64,000 nucleotides of DNA, taken from positions 12,543 to 76,542 of the forward strand of contig CAZJID010000001.1 in the NCBI GenBank assembly GCA_964545945.1. Reading direction: 5' to 3'. This document shows positions 18,875 through 29,518 of this stretch, in pieces. The notes below the pieces were generated by a model. That model had not been told where the DNA came from, did not search any database, and saw nothing but the letters and a program-made list of their open reading frames with translations. Positions within the stretch are counted from its first letter, which is position 1; each line of letters starts with the position of its first letter. The stretch is from an uncultured Dehalococcoidales bacterium. GTDB taxonomy: Bacteria; Chloroflexota; Dehalococcoidia; GIF9; UBA5629. The position numbers and the translations under genes were made by a program.

Positions 18875-19555
18875 ATGAATCGGCAAGAACTCAAAGTATC
18901 CAAAAGAGATATAACCGGCAAGAAAGTCAGATTTCTTCGCCGCCAGGGCATCGTGCCCGCCAACATTTACGGACACGGCATTGAATCAACTCCAATTAAT
19001 GTAGATACCAGAAGTCTCAAACATTTACTGGCGCATACCGGTAAGACCGACCTGATATCCCTCAAAGTCGACAACTCAACTGAGCCTATAAGAGTACTAA
19101 TGCGTGAAATACAGAGGAATCCGCTCACAGATGAACCCCTCCATGTGGATTTCTACAAGGTCAGTATGACTGAAAAAATCAAAGCAGAGGTACCCCTTGT
19201 CTTCGTTGGGGAGGCACCGGTGCTGAAGAAAGTGAAGAACAGTTCCATACTCCACTTGCTCGATGCGCTGGAAATCGAAGCTCTTCCCGATGATTTGCCA
19301 CACAGCTTCGAGGTTGACATTTCAAACCTTGAAGAGTTGGACCATACCATTCACATAAAAGACATACCGCTCGGCCACGGAATAACGCTGCTTAGCGACC
19401 CGGAACAGATGGTAGTCAAAGTTGCTGAAGCTCGTAAAGAGGAAGAAGTGGTACCCGAGGTGGTTGAAGCCGAGCTTGCTGAAGAAGGTGCCGAAGAAGC
19501 GGCCGAAGCTGAAGGTGAGGCCGAGGCTGAAGCCGGTTCAGAAGAGGATAAGTAA
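18875..19555 (+). CDS. rplY: 50S ribosomal protein L25 / general stress protein Ctc form with acidic E/A-rich C-terminal tail
   Basis: KRDITGKKVRFLRRQGIVPANIYG N-terminus. Confidence 0.85.
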   Translation: MNRQELKVSKRDITGKKVRFLRRQGIVPANIYGHGIESTPINVDTRSLKHLLAHTGKTDLISLKVDNSTEPIRVLMREIQRNPLTDEPLHVDFYKVSMTEKIKAEVPLVFVGEAPVLKKVKNSSILHLLDALEIEALPDDLPHSFEVDISNLEELDHTIHIKDIPLGHGITLLSDPEQMVVKVAEARKEEEVVPEVVEAELAEEGAEEAAEAEGEAEAEAGSEEDK

Positions 19556-19588
19556 ATCCTAGACCCGAGTATTACTTTTACAGCAGCT

Positions 19589-21595
19589 CTATCTGCCTTC
19601 GCTGAATACCCGGTTTATGGCAATATTTAGCTGCTTGCCATCGAATGGCTTAGTAATATAAGGTGATTTAGTCTTAGCTAGAAAAGCCAGAGTACGAGCC
19701 CCCATCACGTCACCGGTGACGAAGACTACACTGCGGGCCAGCGCTGGATCCATCTTTTGAAAACGCTTATATAATTCAATTCCGCTCATACCGGGCATTT
19801 TTACATCAAGAAGTATGATTCTATACTTTTTGTTCTTGACCATTTTCAGAGCATCTTCGGCATTATCCACCGTCTCTACCTGATGGCCTTCTTCGGTCAA
19901 TGCCTTACTGACAAATTCCCTCACGACGCGCTCATCATCAACCACAAGTATTCGAACTCCAGACCTTTTGCGCTGCTCGTTTACCTCCGGTTCAGGTAAC
20001 TGCAGTTGCTTATCCTCGGTCAACATCGGTAATTCGACAACAAAAATGGCTCCCTTACCGGGCTTGCTTTCGGCGTATATTCTGCCGCCGTGCTGAGAGA
20101 CTATTCCGTAACAGACACTTAGACCCAACCCCGTCCCCTGGCCTACTTGCCGCGTGGTGAAGAAGGGGTCAAAAATTTTCTCTAAATTTTCTTCGGCTAT
20201 GCCCTGCCCGTCGTCTTTAAACGATATACGGAGGACATCGTCAACCTGTTGCGTCTTAACTGTGAGCTTACCCGAGCCGCGGGCCAGTTTCATTTCAGTC
20301 TCGGCATTTACAATTAAATTAAGGAAGACCTGCTGGAGCTGGCCAGCATCGGCGACGGTAAGAGGCAGGTCGGGAGTGAGCTCCGTTGTTACCTCTATAT
20401 TACTTGTTTGAAGATGATAGCCGCGCAGTTCAAGTGTTGTCGCTACAACCTCGTTTATATTGACATAAGTTCTTTGCGGTTTGGATTGCCGGGCAAAGGC
20501 AAGCAAGCGCTGTATAACATTAGCCACGCGCTTCGCTCCATCATTAATAATCTCCAGGTCTTTTCTGACACTGTCCGGCAAGTCTTCTTGCAGCAACAAC
20601 TGAGCATAACCGATGACACCTGTCAACGGATTATTTATCTCGTGAGCTATTCCCGATGCCATCTCTCCAATCGATGCCAGCCGGCTGGCGAACTGGGCTT
20701 TCTGTTCCAATTGCAGCCTCTCCTGTTCCATTCTCTTGCGCTCTGTAACGTCACGGCTGATTCCACGAAATCCGATAATCTGTCCATCTGAGTTACGGAT
20801 TGGTAGAATTGAGTTTTCAATAAATATTCTGGTCCCGTCTTTGGCTACGTTCACTGCCGGGAACCATCTCCGCGGCCTGCCAGTGCGATAGACCTCGTTG
20901 TATACCTTGTATACGGTCTTTATATCCTCTTCAAGTGTGTAAACTTTGTAGTTCATTCCCATCAGTTTATCTCGACTGTAACCCAGCCTGTTACATATCA
21001 CATCGTTAACAAAAGTATAATTCCCGGCAAGGTCAACTTCGTAATACCCCTCATCCATCTCCTGTAGAATGGTCCGGTATCTCTCTTCGGACTGCCTCAG
21101 CGCCTCGTCCGCTCGCTTACGCCCGGTAACATTACGACTGATTCCTCGAAAGCCAATAATTTCTCCTACAGCGTTCCGAAGCGGGAAAACGGAATCCTCG
21201 ATGAATATTCGGGTACCATCCTTCCTGATGTTCACCATGGGAAACCAACGATGCGGTTCTCCGGTCCGGTACACCTCGTTATAAACCTTGTATACACTCT
21301 TCACATCCTCTTCAGGTGTGTAAACTCGATAGTTCATTCCCATCAGTTCTTCTCGGCTATAGCCTATCGTTTGACACATTACATCATTGAAAAACGTGTA
21401 ATTGCCGGCCAGGTCTGTTTCATAATACCCCTCTTCCATTTCCTCCACTATAGTCCGATATCTTTCCTCGGACTGCCTTAACGTCCCCTCAGTCCTTTTG
21501 TGCTCGGCTTCTGCCGCTTCCAATTCTGCAATTCGCCGGCGCATTTTCTCTAACTCGTTAAGTAGCTCTTTTTTGCTTTGATTGCTGTCCTTCAT
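19589..21595 (-). CDS. Hybrid sensor histidine kinase / response regulator with two tandem PAS domains, HisKA, HATPase_c and C-terminal receiver
   Basis: Duplicated PAS blocks; H-box SGIAHEINNPL; G-box GQGTGLGLSV; receiver ILVVDDE ... LLDVKMPGMSG. Confidence 0.85.
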   Translation of the reverse strand: MKDSNQSKKELLNELEKMRRRIAELEAAEAEHKRTEGTLRQSEERYRTIVEEMEEGYYETDLAGNYTFFNDVMCQTIGYSREELMGMNYRVYTPEEDVKSVYKVYNEVYRTGEPHRWFPMVNIRKDGTRIFIEDSVFPLRNAVGEIIGFRGISRNVTGRKRADEALRQSEERYRTILQEMDEGYYEVDLAGNYTFVNDVICNRLGYSRDKLMGMNYKVYTLEEDIKTVYKVYNEVYRTGRPRRWFPAVNVAKDGTRIFIENSILPIRNSDGQIIGFRGISRDVTERKRMEQERLQLEQKAQFASRLASIGEMASGIAHEINNPLTGVIGYAQLLLQEDLPDSVRKDLEIINDGAKRVANVIQRLLAFARQSKPQRTYVNINEVVATTLELRGYHLQTSNIEVTTELTPDLPLTVADAGQLQQVFLNLIVNAETEMKLARGSGKLTVKTQQVDDVLRISFKDDGQGIAEENLEKIFDPFFTTRQVGQGTGLGLSVCYGIVSQHGGRIYAESKPGKGAIFVVELPMLTEDKQLQLPEPEVNEQRKRSGVRILVVDDERVVREFVSKALTEEGHQVETVDNAEDALKMVKNKKYRIILLDVKMPGMSGIELYKRFQKMDPALARSVVFVTGDVMGARTLAFLAKTKSPYITKPFDGKQLNIAINRVFSEGR

Positions 21596-21790
21596 TAAGC
21601 CTCCTCGAGGGGTGGGGCGTGAGCCGAATGCTGGCTTCCATTGTGCTGGTTACTGATGCTTATGTCAAGCCAACTGCTCGATATGCGGGTTCCTTCGTCG
21701 TCTATGAACTTGTAAATACTAATTCAGGAACGGTAATTTAACAAATCGGTCATCCAGAGTTGAAAACCAGAATGTAAGTAGGTTAGTTGA

Positions 21791-22609
21791 TTAACTATGG
21801 GCGGTAACAAAGTCCTGTAAGGCCCTCAAGTACTGCTGCATGCCGCCGGACATGATTGTATTATGGTCAACCCCGGGGATTACCACCAGCTTTTTGTCTT
21901 GGGCGCCAATTATTTCATAAAGGTTTCTACCTTCTTCCAGGGGCACAATCTGGTCATATTCGCCGTGCATAACCAGGGCAGGAATAGCTATCTTTCGGAT
22001 CAGTTTAACGCTATAAGGTGTTGGCGACACTTCTACTCCGAGAGATTTAAGTGGAAAGCCTAAATATTTGAGCAGGTTGAAAACGTTGGTGAAGCCGCTC
22101 TCTATTATCACACCGTGAAACTCACTCCGGTAGTGAGAGGCCAGTTCGATAGCAGAAGCGCTGCCCAGCGAGCGACCCATGATAAACAGGCTCCCTGAAA
22201 ATCCGGCGTCTCTCAAAGCTCGCTTAAAGCCTTCAAAGATAGGATGCACATCCTTTATCATATTATTCAGCGTGGGCTTGCCTCCGCTTCTACCGTAACC
22301 ACGGTAATCTGCCACAAAAAGATTGAGTCCGATCTGATTATAGATGGGGCCTATCGACTCGTAGTCGCTGGCTATCTCACCGTTGCCATGAAAGAACAGG
22401 ATGTTCGAGTATTTCTTCCCGCCGGCATAAAAACTATAGGAAACTGATATAGTTTCATCTACCGGTATCAGGCCAGTCATAACATTATCTGAAGGGAAAG
22501 TATCAGTATAGTCGCGGCGTGGATAAAAGACGAACTGGAGAATCTCCGGTTTGTCCAGCATCTTCAGTTCCGGCCATGGCTCTATCATTTCCTGCTCATC
22601 TGGGGACAA
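21791..22609 (-). CDS. Alpha/beta hydrolase (dienelactone hydrolase / peptidase S9-like)
   Basis: GRSLGSASA nucleophile elbow; 272 aa. Confidence 0.7.
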   Translation of the reverse strand: MSPDEQEMIEPWPELKMLDKPEILQFVFYPRRDYTDTFPSDNVMTGLIPVDETISVSYSFYAGGKKYSNILFFHGNGEIASDYESIGPIYNQIGLNLFVADYRGYGRSGGKPTLNNMIKDVHPIFEGFKRALRDAGFSGSLFIMGRSLGSASAIELASHYRSEFHGVIIESGFTNVFNLLKYLGFPLKSLGVEVSPTPYSVKLIRKIAIPALVMHGEYDQIVPLEEGRNLYEIIGAQDKKLVVIPGVDHNTIMSGGMQQYLRALQDFVTAHS

Positions 22610-22613
22610 AGAA

Positions 22614-23072
22614 CTAAATCCTCACGATCTCGCCTTTGACATCGCCATCTATGGTCAGGATACCAAAAGACATCAAACCTGGGCCGGGATTAAAGAATAG
22701 GATTTTCCCGATTTGTTCGACCTTCGCCCGGTGACTATGTCCGTATATTATGATATCCACATCGCCAAGCAGTTCTTTCACCCTGTACTCTATCCCTTCA
22801 GGACCACCCCAGCCATGTGTAATCCCGATTTTCTTGCCTCCGAACACAAAATTTTGCCTGTCCGGCAAAAGACTTCTTAGCTTCATCGAATCGACGTTAC
22901 CGTGTACAGCCTTCACTTCACCTAACCGTTTCAGCCCGTCCAGAACCTCCGAACCAACAAAGTCACCCGCGTGGACAATCAAATCCACGTTGGAAAACGC
23001 AGCGATAATCTCAGCCGGTATTTCATCAGCCAGATGAATATGTGTATCCGAAAGCACTCCTATTTTCATCAA
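22614..23072 (-). CDS. Metallophosphoesterase, YfcE/MJ0936 family
   Basis: LSDTH, GD, GNVD and GHSH motifs; 152 aa. Confidence 0.8.
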   Translation of the reverse strand: MMKIGVLSDTHIHLADEIPAEIIAAFSNVDLIVHAGDFVGSEVLDGLKRLGEVKAVHGNVDSMKLRSLLPDRQNFVFGGKKIGITHGWGGPEGIEYRVKELLGDVDIIIYGHSHRAKVEQIGKILFFNPGPGLMSFGILTIDGDVKGEIVRI

Positions 23073-23084
23073 TTGGCCACGCTT

Positions 23085-23774
23085 TTAGATGCTATTAACG
23101 AACTCTTCAATAGCTCGATTAGCTTCCAAAGGGTTTTCCAGAAAACACAGATGAGAACCGCCCTCGATAATAACGAGCCTGGCCCCGGCGATTTTATCGG
23201 CCAGGTATCGGGAGTATTTGACCGGAGTCATATCATCCTCACTGCCGCAAATAACCAGCGTCGGCACCGTAATCCGCTCAACCTCGTCCATAACGTCGAA
23301 CTTATCGCAGCACCTGAAATCATTAAGTTGCGCGGCAACGCCTACCTTAGCCACTCCATCGACTATTTTCTCTCGCGCTTCAGGAGCCACCCGGCCGTAT
23401 AACGGTTTAACAATATCTTCGACCCATTTGGCAGGAGCATCGACGCCAGCTTCCATCTGTTTTAAAAAGTCCAGCCTTACCCTCAAGCGGGCCCCGGTAT
23501 CAATTAAAATCAGAGCCTTGATACCCTGAGGATAGCTGAGCGCGTATGCCAGGGTTATAGCGCCACCCATTGAATGTCCCGCAATCACCGGCTGCGAATG
23601 ACCCTTATTTCGAAGATATTCGTGAAGCCTTCCGGCGTATTCGTCTATGCTGCTGCACAGCCTGCCTTCGGGATGACCCGGAAGATTGACGGCTTCGGAA
23701 TCCGTGAAGTATTTTGTCTGATAGTACCATACCAACCCGGTGTTGCCGGCGCCGTGAACGAAGACGAGGCTCAT
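23085..23774 (-). CDS. Alpha/beta-fold hydrolase (esterase)
   Basis: VFVHGAGNTG oxyanion region; GHSMGG nucleophile elbow. Confidence 0.75.
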   Translation of the reverse strand: MSLVFVHGAGNTGLVWYYQTKYFTDSEAVNLPGHPEGRLCSSIDEYAGRLHEYLRNKGHSQPVIAGHSMGGAITLAYALSYPQGIKALILIDTGARLRVRLDFLKQMEAGVDAPAKWVEDIVKPLYGRVAPEAREKIVDGVAKVGVAAQLNDFRCCDKFDVMDEVERITVPTLVICGSEDDMTPVKYSRYLADKIAGARLVIIEGGSHLCFLENPLEANRAIEEFVNSI

Positions 23775-24376
23775 CCCAGCACCTGCATAATGCCCTGGCG
23801 AATCATTTTTATGGCAATCGCCGCCAATAATAGACTGACCACCTTTGATGTAGCCCTGACGCCTCCCTGCCCCAGAAAACGCATCACCCGGCTAGCCTGA
23901 GTAAAAAGAACCCATCCTATTGCCAGATTGATGATGAAAGAAACCACGACGATTACAATCGAGTACTGATTGATAAGTATCAGCAGCGTGGTGAGCACGG
24001 CCGGCCCGACTACCAGAGGTGTGCCTATGGGTACGACCCCTACCATGTCCGCACCCACTGATGCTTGAGCATCGACCATTCTGCCGGTAACTAAATCTTT
24101 GGCGGCCAGCAGAAAAAGTATAAGCCCGCCGGCGATCAGAAAGTCGGATACCTCGATGCCTAAAAATAGAAATACGCCTTTGCCGATGATGACAAAGCCT
24201 AGGCCTAAACCCAGTGCTGTAATAACGGCCAGACGCACCGTCCGATTGCGTTCGACCGGCTTCATGTCCTCGGTCAACGGGATTAATATAGGCAGAACGC
24301 CTACGGCATCCATGGCTACAAAGAGAGGTACGAAGGTCAATCCGAACTCTTGCAGAATACTCAGTACTTTTTCCAT
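23771..24376 (-). CDS. MarC family (UPF0056) integral membrane protein
   Basis: Polytopic hydrophobic 201-aa protein with MarC-like N-terminus. Confidence 0.6.
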   Translation of the reverse strand: MEKVLSILQEFGLTFVPLFVAMDAVGVLPILIPLTEDMKPVERNRTVRLAVITALGLGLGFVIIGKGVFLFLGIEVSDFLIAGGLILFLLAAKDLVTGRMVDAQASVGADMVGVVPIGTPLVVGPAVLTTLLILINQYSIVIVVVSFIINLAIGWVLFTQASRVMRFLGQGGVRATSKVVSLLLAAIAIKMIRQGIMQVLG

Positions 24377-24385
24377 GGACTGTGG

Positions 24386-26983
24386 CTATAAAAGTTGCCC
24401 CTGCTCGGGCTTAACGGATTTATCAGGTTTAATAGGCCTATCAGGTTTAACAGACTTAGCAGGTTTAATAGGTTTAGTCGCCCTGGCAGGTTTAGCTGAC
24501 TTACCAGGTTTAATAGGTTTAGCAGGCCGTATTTTTTCGACTGCCTTGCTATCGCCCTGTTCGACACAGTCGATTGAAACTACACTATCATCCTCGGCCT
24601 CTTCAAATCTCCTTAAACGTACCCCCTGAGTATCTCTGCCCAGCAGCGAGACCTCGTCATCAACAGAGATTCTGATAACGATACCACCTGCCGAAACTAT
24701 TATGACATGTTGCTTCGGTGGGACGAGCTTGGCTGCAATAACCTTACCCGTCTTATCAGTTATTCTATGAGCAAATACGCCTTTTCCGCCGCGAGCCTGA
24801 AGCGGGAAATTTTTCGCCCAGCTTCGCTTACCATAGCCCTTTTCGGTAACCGTTAGCAGAGAGGCGTCGGGGAATATAGCATCCATAGCCACCAGCCGGT
24901 CGCCTGGGGCAAGCCTGATACCACGTACACCGCCGCTGGTCCGAGACGCGGGTCGTAAGCCTTTAACAGCAAACCTTATGCCTTGCCCGTTCTGGGTCAC
25001 TATAATAACTTCGCCCCTTTGCGTTACGATATCAGCCGCCACCAACTCCTCATCGGCTCTAAGCTTCATGGCGATCAGTCCACTGCTTCTAACCGCAGAG
25101 AATTTGTCCAGACTCGTCTTCTTCACTATGCCTTTTGAAGTCGACATCACCATAAACAGGCCCGGAACGAACTCTTTAATCACTATCAGGGCTGTTATCT
25201 GTTCTTTGGGGTCGATTGACAACAGGTTGGCCAGCGCAGTCCCTTTGGTGGTACGTGACAAGTCCTGCTGGATATCGTAGCACTTGAGCCTGTAAACCTT
25301 ACCCCGATTCGTGAATAGCAGCAAATTATCATGCGTATCAGCCACAACGCAGTGTTTCACCATATCCGTTTCCCGTGTCACCATGCCCGTGACACCGATT
25401 CCACCACGATGCTGCTTCTGATAGGTTGTTGCCGGTATTCTTTTTATATATCCCTGCTCGCTTAGCGTGATGACAACGTCCTGATGAGGGATAAGGTCTT
25501 CGTCCTGGAACTCTTCAGCCTCTTCCCGTTTGATAACGGTACGGCGCTCGTCACCGTAGCTCTTTTTAAGTTCCTTAACATCCTGTTGAATCAAGAAAAG
25601 TATTTTCTTGGGGTTAGCCAGAAGGTCTTCGAGATAAGCGATATTTTTAACCACTTCGCTGTACTCATCGACTATCTTCTTTTGCTCCAATTGTGCCAAC
25701 CGGCGCAGCTGCATATCGAGAATCGCCTGGGCCTGAATTGGAGACAGCTGAAAATTCTTCATCAAGTTGTTTTTGGCTGTTTCCACGGTCTCGGCTTTTC
25801 GTATGGTCTGGATAATTGCATCCAGATGGTCAAGGGCAATTCTAAAACCTTCCAGAATATGAGCCCGGTCTCTGGCCTTCTGAAGGTCAAACTGGGAACG
25901 GCGGGTGATAACCTCCCTGCGGAAATCGATGTAGCAGGTCAAGGCCTCTTTGAGATTTATTACACGCGGCTGGCCATCAACCAGAGCCAGCATATTAATA
26001 AAGAAAGAGGAGCGCATGGCAGTATATTTGTAGAGGTTATTACAAATCTTGGTAGGTTGGGCATCTTTTCTTAGCCCGATGACTATCCTCATGCCGTGCC
26101 TGTCGGACTCATCGCGAACGTCGCTTATCCCCTCTATCTTCCTCTCCCTAGCCAGGTCAGCTATTCTCTCTACCAGAGTGGCCTTGTTTGTCTGGTAGGG
26201 AAGCTCGGTTATTATCAGTTGCTGGCGCCCGCCTTTCAGCGTTTCATCGGTCACTTTCGCCTGAATAACTACTTTACCCTGGCCGCTGGCGTAAGCGCTC
26301 TTGATGCCCTGCCGCCCCAAAATAATTCCTCCCGTGGGAAAATCGGGGCCCTTAACGATCTTCATCAAATCGTCCACATCGACCTCGGGATCGCTAATAA
26401 GCTGGCTTATGGCGTCACATATCTCACTCAGATTATGGGGCGGTATGTTGGTAGCCATACCCACGGCTATGCCCGACGAGCCGTTTAGCATCAGGTTCGG
26501 CAATCTAGCCGGCAAGACCGTAGGCTCTGTTAAGCTATCGTCGAAATTGGGCATGAAGTCGACAGTATCTTTATCGATATCGACCAGCATTTCACCGGCT
26601 ATTTTGGCCAGACGCGCTTCGGTATAACGCATAGCCGCCGGCGGGTCGTCATCCATGCTACCGAAATTCCCCTGCCCGTCAACGAGCGGGTACCGCATGG
26701 AGAAATCCTGCGCCATTCTCACCATGGCCTCATATATGGGAGCGTCTCCATGGGGATGATATTTACCCATAACATCACCCACTATACGGGCGCTCTTCTT
26801 ATAGGGGCTGTTATAGTGAAGGCTAAGCCCGTCCATGCCGTACAGTATCCGCCTATGCACTGGCTTCAAACCGTCACGTACATCCGGTAAAGCCCGAGCC
26901 ACGATAACGCTCATGGCATAATCGAGGTAGGAGCTCTTCATCTCCTCTTCAATTATTACGGGTTTAATAACTCCTACTTCCAT
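24386..26983 (-). CDS. gyrA: DNA gyrase subunit A with unusual Lys/Pro-rich repetitive C-terminal tail
   Basis: [23 protein letters not shown] active-site region; GyrA-box-like repeats; 865 aa. Confidence 0.95.
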   Translation of the reverse strand: MEVGVIKPVIIEEEMKSSYLDYAMSVIVARALPDVRDGLKPVHRRILYGMDGLSLHYNSPYKKSARIVGDVMGKYHPHGDAPIYEAMVRMAQDFSMRYPLVDGQGNFGSMDDDPPAAMRYTEARLAKIAGEMLVDIDKDTVDFMPNFDDSLTEPTVLPARLPNLMLNGSSGIAVGMATNIPPHNLSEICDAISQLISDPEVDVDDLMKIVKGPDFPTGGIILGRQGIKSAYASGQGKVVIQAKVTDETLKGGRQQLIITELPYQTNKATLVERIADLARERKIEGISDVRDESDRHGMRIVIGLRKDAQPTKICNNLYKYTAMRSSFFINMLALVDGQPRVINLKEALTCYIDFRREVITRRSQFDLQKARDRAHILEGFRIALDHLDAIIQTIRKAETVETAKNNLMKNFQLSPIQAQAILDMQLRRLAQLEQKKIVDEYSEVVKNIAYLEDLLANPKKILFLIQQDVKELKKSYGDERRTVIKREEAEEFQDEDLIPHQDVVITLSEQGYIKRIPATTYQKQHRGGIGVTGMVTRETDMVKHCVVADTHDNLLLFTNRGKVYRLKCYDIQQDLSRTTKGTALANLLSIDPKEQITALIVIKEFVPGLFMVMSTSKGIVKKTSLDKFSAVRSSGLIAMKLRADEELVAADIVTQRGEVIIVTQNGQGIRFAVKGLRPASRTSGGVRGIRLAPGDRLVAMDAIFPDASLLTVTEKGYGKRSWAKNFPLQARGGKGVFAHRITDKTGKVIAAKLVPPKQHVIIVSAGGIVIRISVDDEVSLLGRDTQGVRLRRFEEAEDDSVVSIDCVEQGDSKAVEKIRPAKPIKPGKSAKPARATKPIKPAKSVKPDRPIKPDKSVKPEQGQLL
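24410..24535. repeat. Degenerate about 15-nt tandem repeats (caggtttaa(t/c)agg...) encoding the KPxKP repeats of the GyrA tail
   Basis: Seen directly: aggtttaatagg / aggtttaacag / aggtttagctg repeated about 8 times. Confidence 0.7.
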
Positions 26984-26987
26984 TCAA

Positions 26988-27827
26988 TTACTCCTCTTCC
27001 ATAAACTCTTCTTCTATTTCCGGTTCCTCATCAGCGGAAACACCCTCAAAAATGGAGAAGCCTTCAGGTATAAGCTCACCTTCTTCCATCTCCGCGTAAT
27101 CCCCCTCTTCCAGGGCTTCCTCTTCTACCGCCTCGTGCCTTAGCAAAGTATCCTTAACGTGCGGTTGGAAGCCCTCCACAGCCCTAACCGGGAAGGAAAG
27201 ACGACCGAGCTGGCTGGGGTGCTGAAATGTTTCCCTGATAATGATCCTGGCGCTGCTGTTATCGATATTAACGATAGCCGCAGCGTACCTGTTGCCACCT
27301 TCCATTAGCTTGGCCAGACGGAAACCATGCGGCGGTTCCACCAGCCCCAGATAGTCACCGCTCTCGTTTTCCACGACAAGCTGCCGGCCCCTTACTTTTA
27401 AATAAACCTGGTTTCCGGCAGCCGCTTTGGCTAATATCTCCTTGGGAGCCAGGTCCTGAAGATTCACGACGCCGGCCTTGCCCATTTCGCCGATAAATAG
27501 ATCCGGTGCAGCCTCACGGCGTTCTTCCTTAACACTAACCTTGGAATCGGGTAGCAATGATAGCCGCTGTAAATTTCTTTGTGCAATCGGATTGTGAGGG
27601 TCAAGCTCTATTGCCCGGTTATAAGCATCCTTGGCTTTAGCAAATTCACCTATTTCCATATGCGCTCTTCCCAGCCGGTTGTAGGCGTCTATATCTGTAG
27701 GGAAAAGCTCGATTATGCTCTGGTTTATAGTTATGGCTTCCTGCCATCTACTTTGCATTGCCAGAGCAATAGCCTCCTGACTTGCTTTCCGTCTAAGTCT
27801 TGCCTTATCTTCTTCACGGTCAGGCAT
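26988..27827 (-). CDS. TPR-repeat protein with strongly acidic C-terminal tail; stop overlaps gyrA start
   Basis: TPR-like helices (AYNRLGRAHMEIGEFAKAKDAYNRAIELDP); E-rich end; 4-nt gap to gyrA. Confidence 0.6.
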   Translation of the reverse strand: MPDREEDKARLRRKASQEAIALAMQSRWQEAITINQSIIELFPTDIDAYNRLGRAHMEIGEFAKAKDAYNRAIELDPHNPIAQRNLQRLSLLPDSKVSVKEERREAAPDLFIGEMGKAGVVNLQDLAPKEILAKAAAGNQVYLKVRGRQLVVENESGDYLGLVEPPHGFRLAKLMEGGNRYAAAIVNIDNSSARIIIRETFQHPSQLGRLSFPVRAVEGFQPHVKDTLLRHEAVEEEALEEGDYAEMEEGELIPEGFSIFEGVSADEEPEIEEEFMEEE

Positions 27828-28049
27828 TTTTATACCCCCTGCGATTATGCGCCAACTTATGTCCCCAAGCTAAATCCATATGCGAAAAACCCAGATTTGA
27901 CCACATATTTTACATTAGTCACTGTGGCAAAAAAATAGGGACTTGTCAAGTATTTTCTGCCACGACAAAACAAATTTTTTGACAAAAAAGGTTCACTATG
28001 TTAGCCTACTAGATTAGGAATTACAAGCGAAAGTATAAAAGGTGAATAC

Positions 28050-28268
28050 GTGAAAGACAAAGTACAAGCTGTCCTGGATAATATAAGACCGAGCCTCCGT
28101 GCCGATGGAGGCGATGTAGAACTTGTCGATGTTAAAGATGGCGTGGTCAGTGTCAGACTCAAGGGTGCATGTGCCGGCTGCCCTATGTCAACCATGACGC
28201 TTAAAAACGGTATCGAGCGAATACTTAAGCAAGAGCTATCTGACGTCAAAGAAGTTGTCGCCGTCTAG
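28050..28268 (+). CDS. NifU-like (Nfu-type) Fe-S cluster assembly domain protein
   Basis: GACAGCPMS CxxC motif; 72 aa; GTG start with AAAAGGTGAA RBS. Confidence 0.8.
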   Translation: MKDKVQAVLDNIRPSLRADGGDVELVDVKDGVVSVRLKGACAGCPMSTMTLKNGIERILKQELSDVKEVVAV

Positions 28269-28269
28269 C

Positions 28270-29493
28270 TTAACTTCCCTCATAATCCAGTGCGAAAGCC
28301 TTGTGTAACGCCTTAATGGCATCCTTCGCTTTATCCTCAGCAATAATGCAGGTTATCTTTATCTCGGAAGTCGTTATCAACTGTATATTAATGCCCCGTT
28401 CCGATAGAGCTTTAAACATCCCGGACGCATAGCCGGGCGTGTTCTGCATCCCCGTGCCAACAATGCTGATTTTAGCCAGTGTCGAATCGCTGACGCAGTC
28501 GCTGGCTCCGATAGACTTGGCTATGGGTTTTATCAACGACATGGCCTTATCTAAATCACCTCTAGCCACGGTGAAAGTTAAATCGGTTATGTTATTGATA
28601 CTGGCGTTTTGAACGATGGTATCCACACTTATATTGGCTTTAGCCAGCGGCTCGAAAATTGACGAAGCTATACCAGGCCTGTCGGGAACACCGACAACGG
28701 TGATCTTAGCTACATTAAGGTCTTGAGCAATTCCCCTCACTTTATTTCTTATTTCCATCCGAATCCCTCCATGAATAATAGTGCCGGGTTTATCATTGAA
28801 GCTGGAGGCCACCAGTATGGGCATTTTGTAGACCTGGCCAAGCTCCACCGCCCGTGAATGCATTACTTTGGCACCCAGGGTCGCCAGCTCGAGCATTTCC
28901 TCGTAACCTATTTCTTTAAGTTTATGGGCTTCAGGAACAACATGAGGGTCAGCGGTAAATACGCCTTCCACGTCGGTGTATATCTCGCACATTTGCGCTT
29001 TAAGAGCCGCTGCTAGGGCTACGGCCGTTGTATCCGAGCCACCGCGCCCCAGCGTCGTAGTGTCCCTGTCTCTGGTTATCCCCTGAAAGCCGGCAACAAT
29101 AACAATATTTCCCTGCTCCAGTTCTTTCACAATTCGCTTCGGCTCGATATTGGTTATACGAGCTTTGCTGTGGATTGAATCCGTTTCTATTCCAGCCTGT
29201 GCGCCGGTCAAACTTACAGCCTTGTGGCCCATGTTGTGCAAAGCCATAGCCATGAGCGTGCTGGAAACTATTTCACCAGTGGACAATAAAACATCGAGTT
29301 CCCGTTCCCGTGGGTTCGGGTTAATCTTCCTCGCCAGTTGAATCAACTCATCAGTTGTCTTGCCCATGGCCGAGACAACCACCACCACCTCATTTCCCTT
29401 TTCTTTGCTGGCGATGATTCTCCGGGCCACGTTATTGATTTTGTCGGCATCGGCCACCGAGCTGCCGCCATACTTCTGAACTACGAGTGCCAT
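28270..29493 (-). CDS. lysC: Aspartate kinase
   Basis: [14 protein letters not shown]-terminus; C-terminal ACT-domain repeats; 407 aa. Confidence 0.9.
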   Translation of the reverse strand: MALVVQKYGGSSVADADKINNVARRIIASKEKGNEVVVVVSAMGKTTDELIQLARKINPNPRERELDVLLSTGEIVSSTLMAMALHNMGHKAVSLTGAQAGIETDSIHSKARITNIEPKRIVKELEQGNIVIVAGFQGITRDRDTTTLGRGGSDTTAVALAAALKAQMCEIYTDVEGVFTADPHVVPEAHKLKEIGYEEMLELATLGAKVMHSRAVELGQVYKMPILVASSFNDKPGTIIHGGIRMEIRNKVRGIAQDLNVAKITVVGVPDRPGIASSIFEPLAKANISVDTIVQNASINNITDLTFTVARGDLDKAMSLIKPIAKSIGASDCVSDSTLAKISIVGTGMQNTPGYASGMFKALSERGINIQLITTSEIKITCIIAEDKAKDAIKALHKAFALDYEGS

Positions 29494-29518
29494 TTCCTCT
29501 CCTGGCTATTCAACCCTT

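Noticed and set aside
24099-24629. 176-aa plus-strand ORF and 68-aa minus ORF (24361-24567) over the marC/gyrA junction
   Set aside because: Translation artefacts of the 15-nt tandem repeat, which is periodic in all frames; the real coding frame is the gyrA tail.
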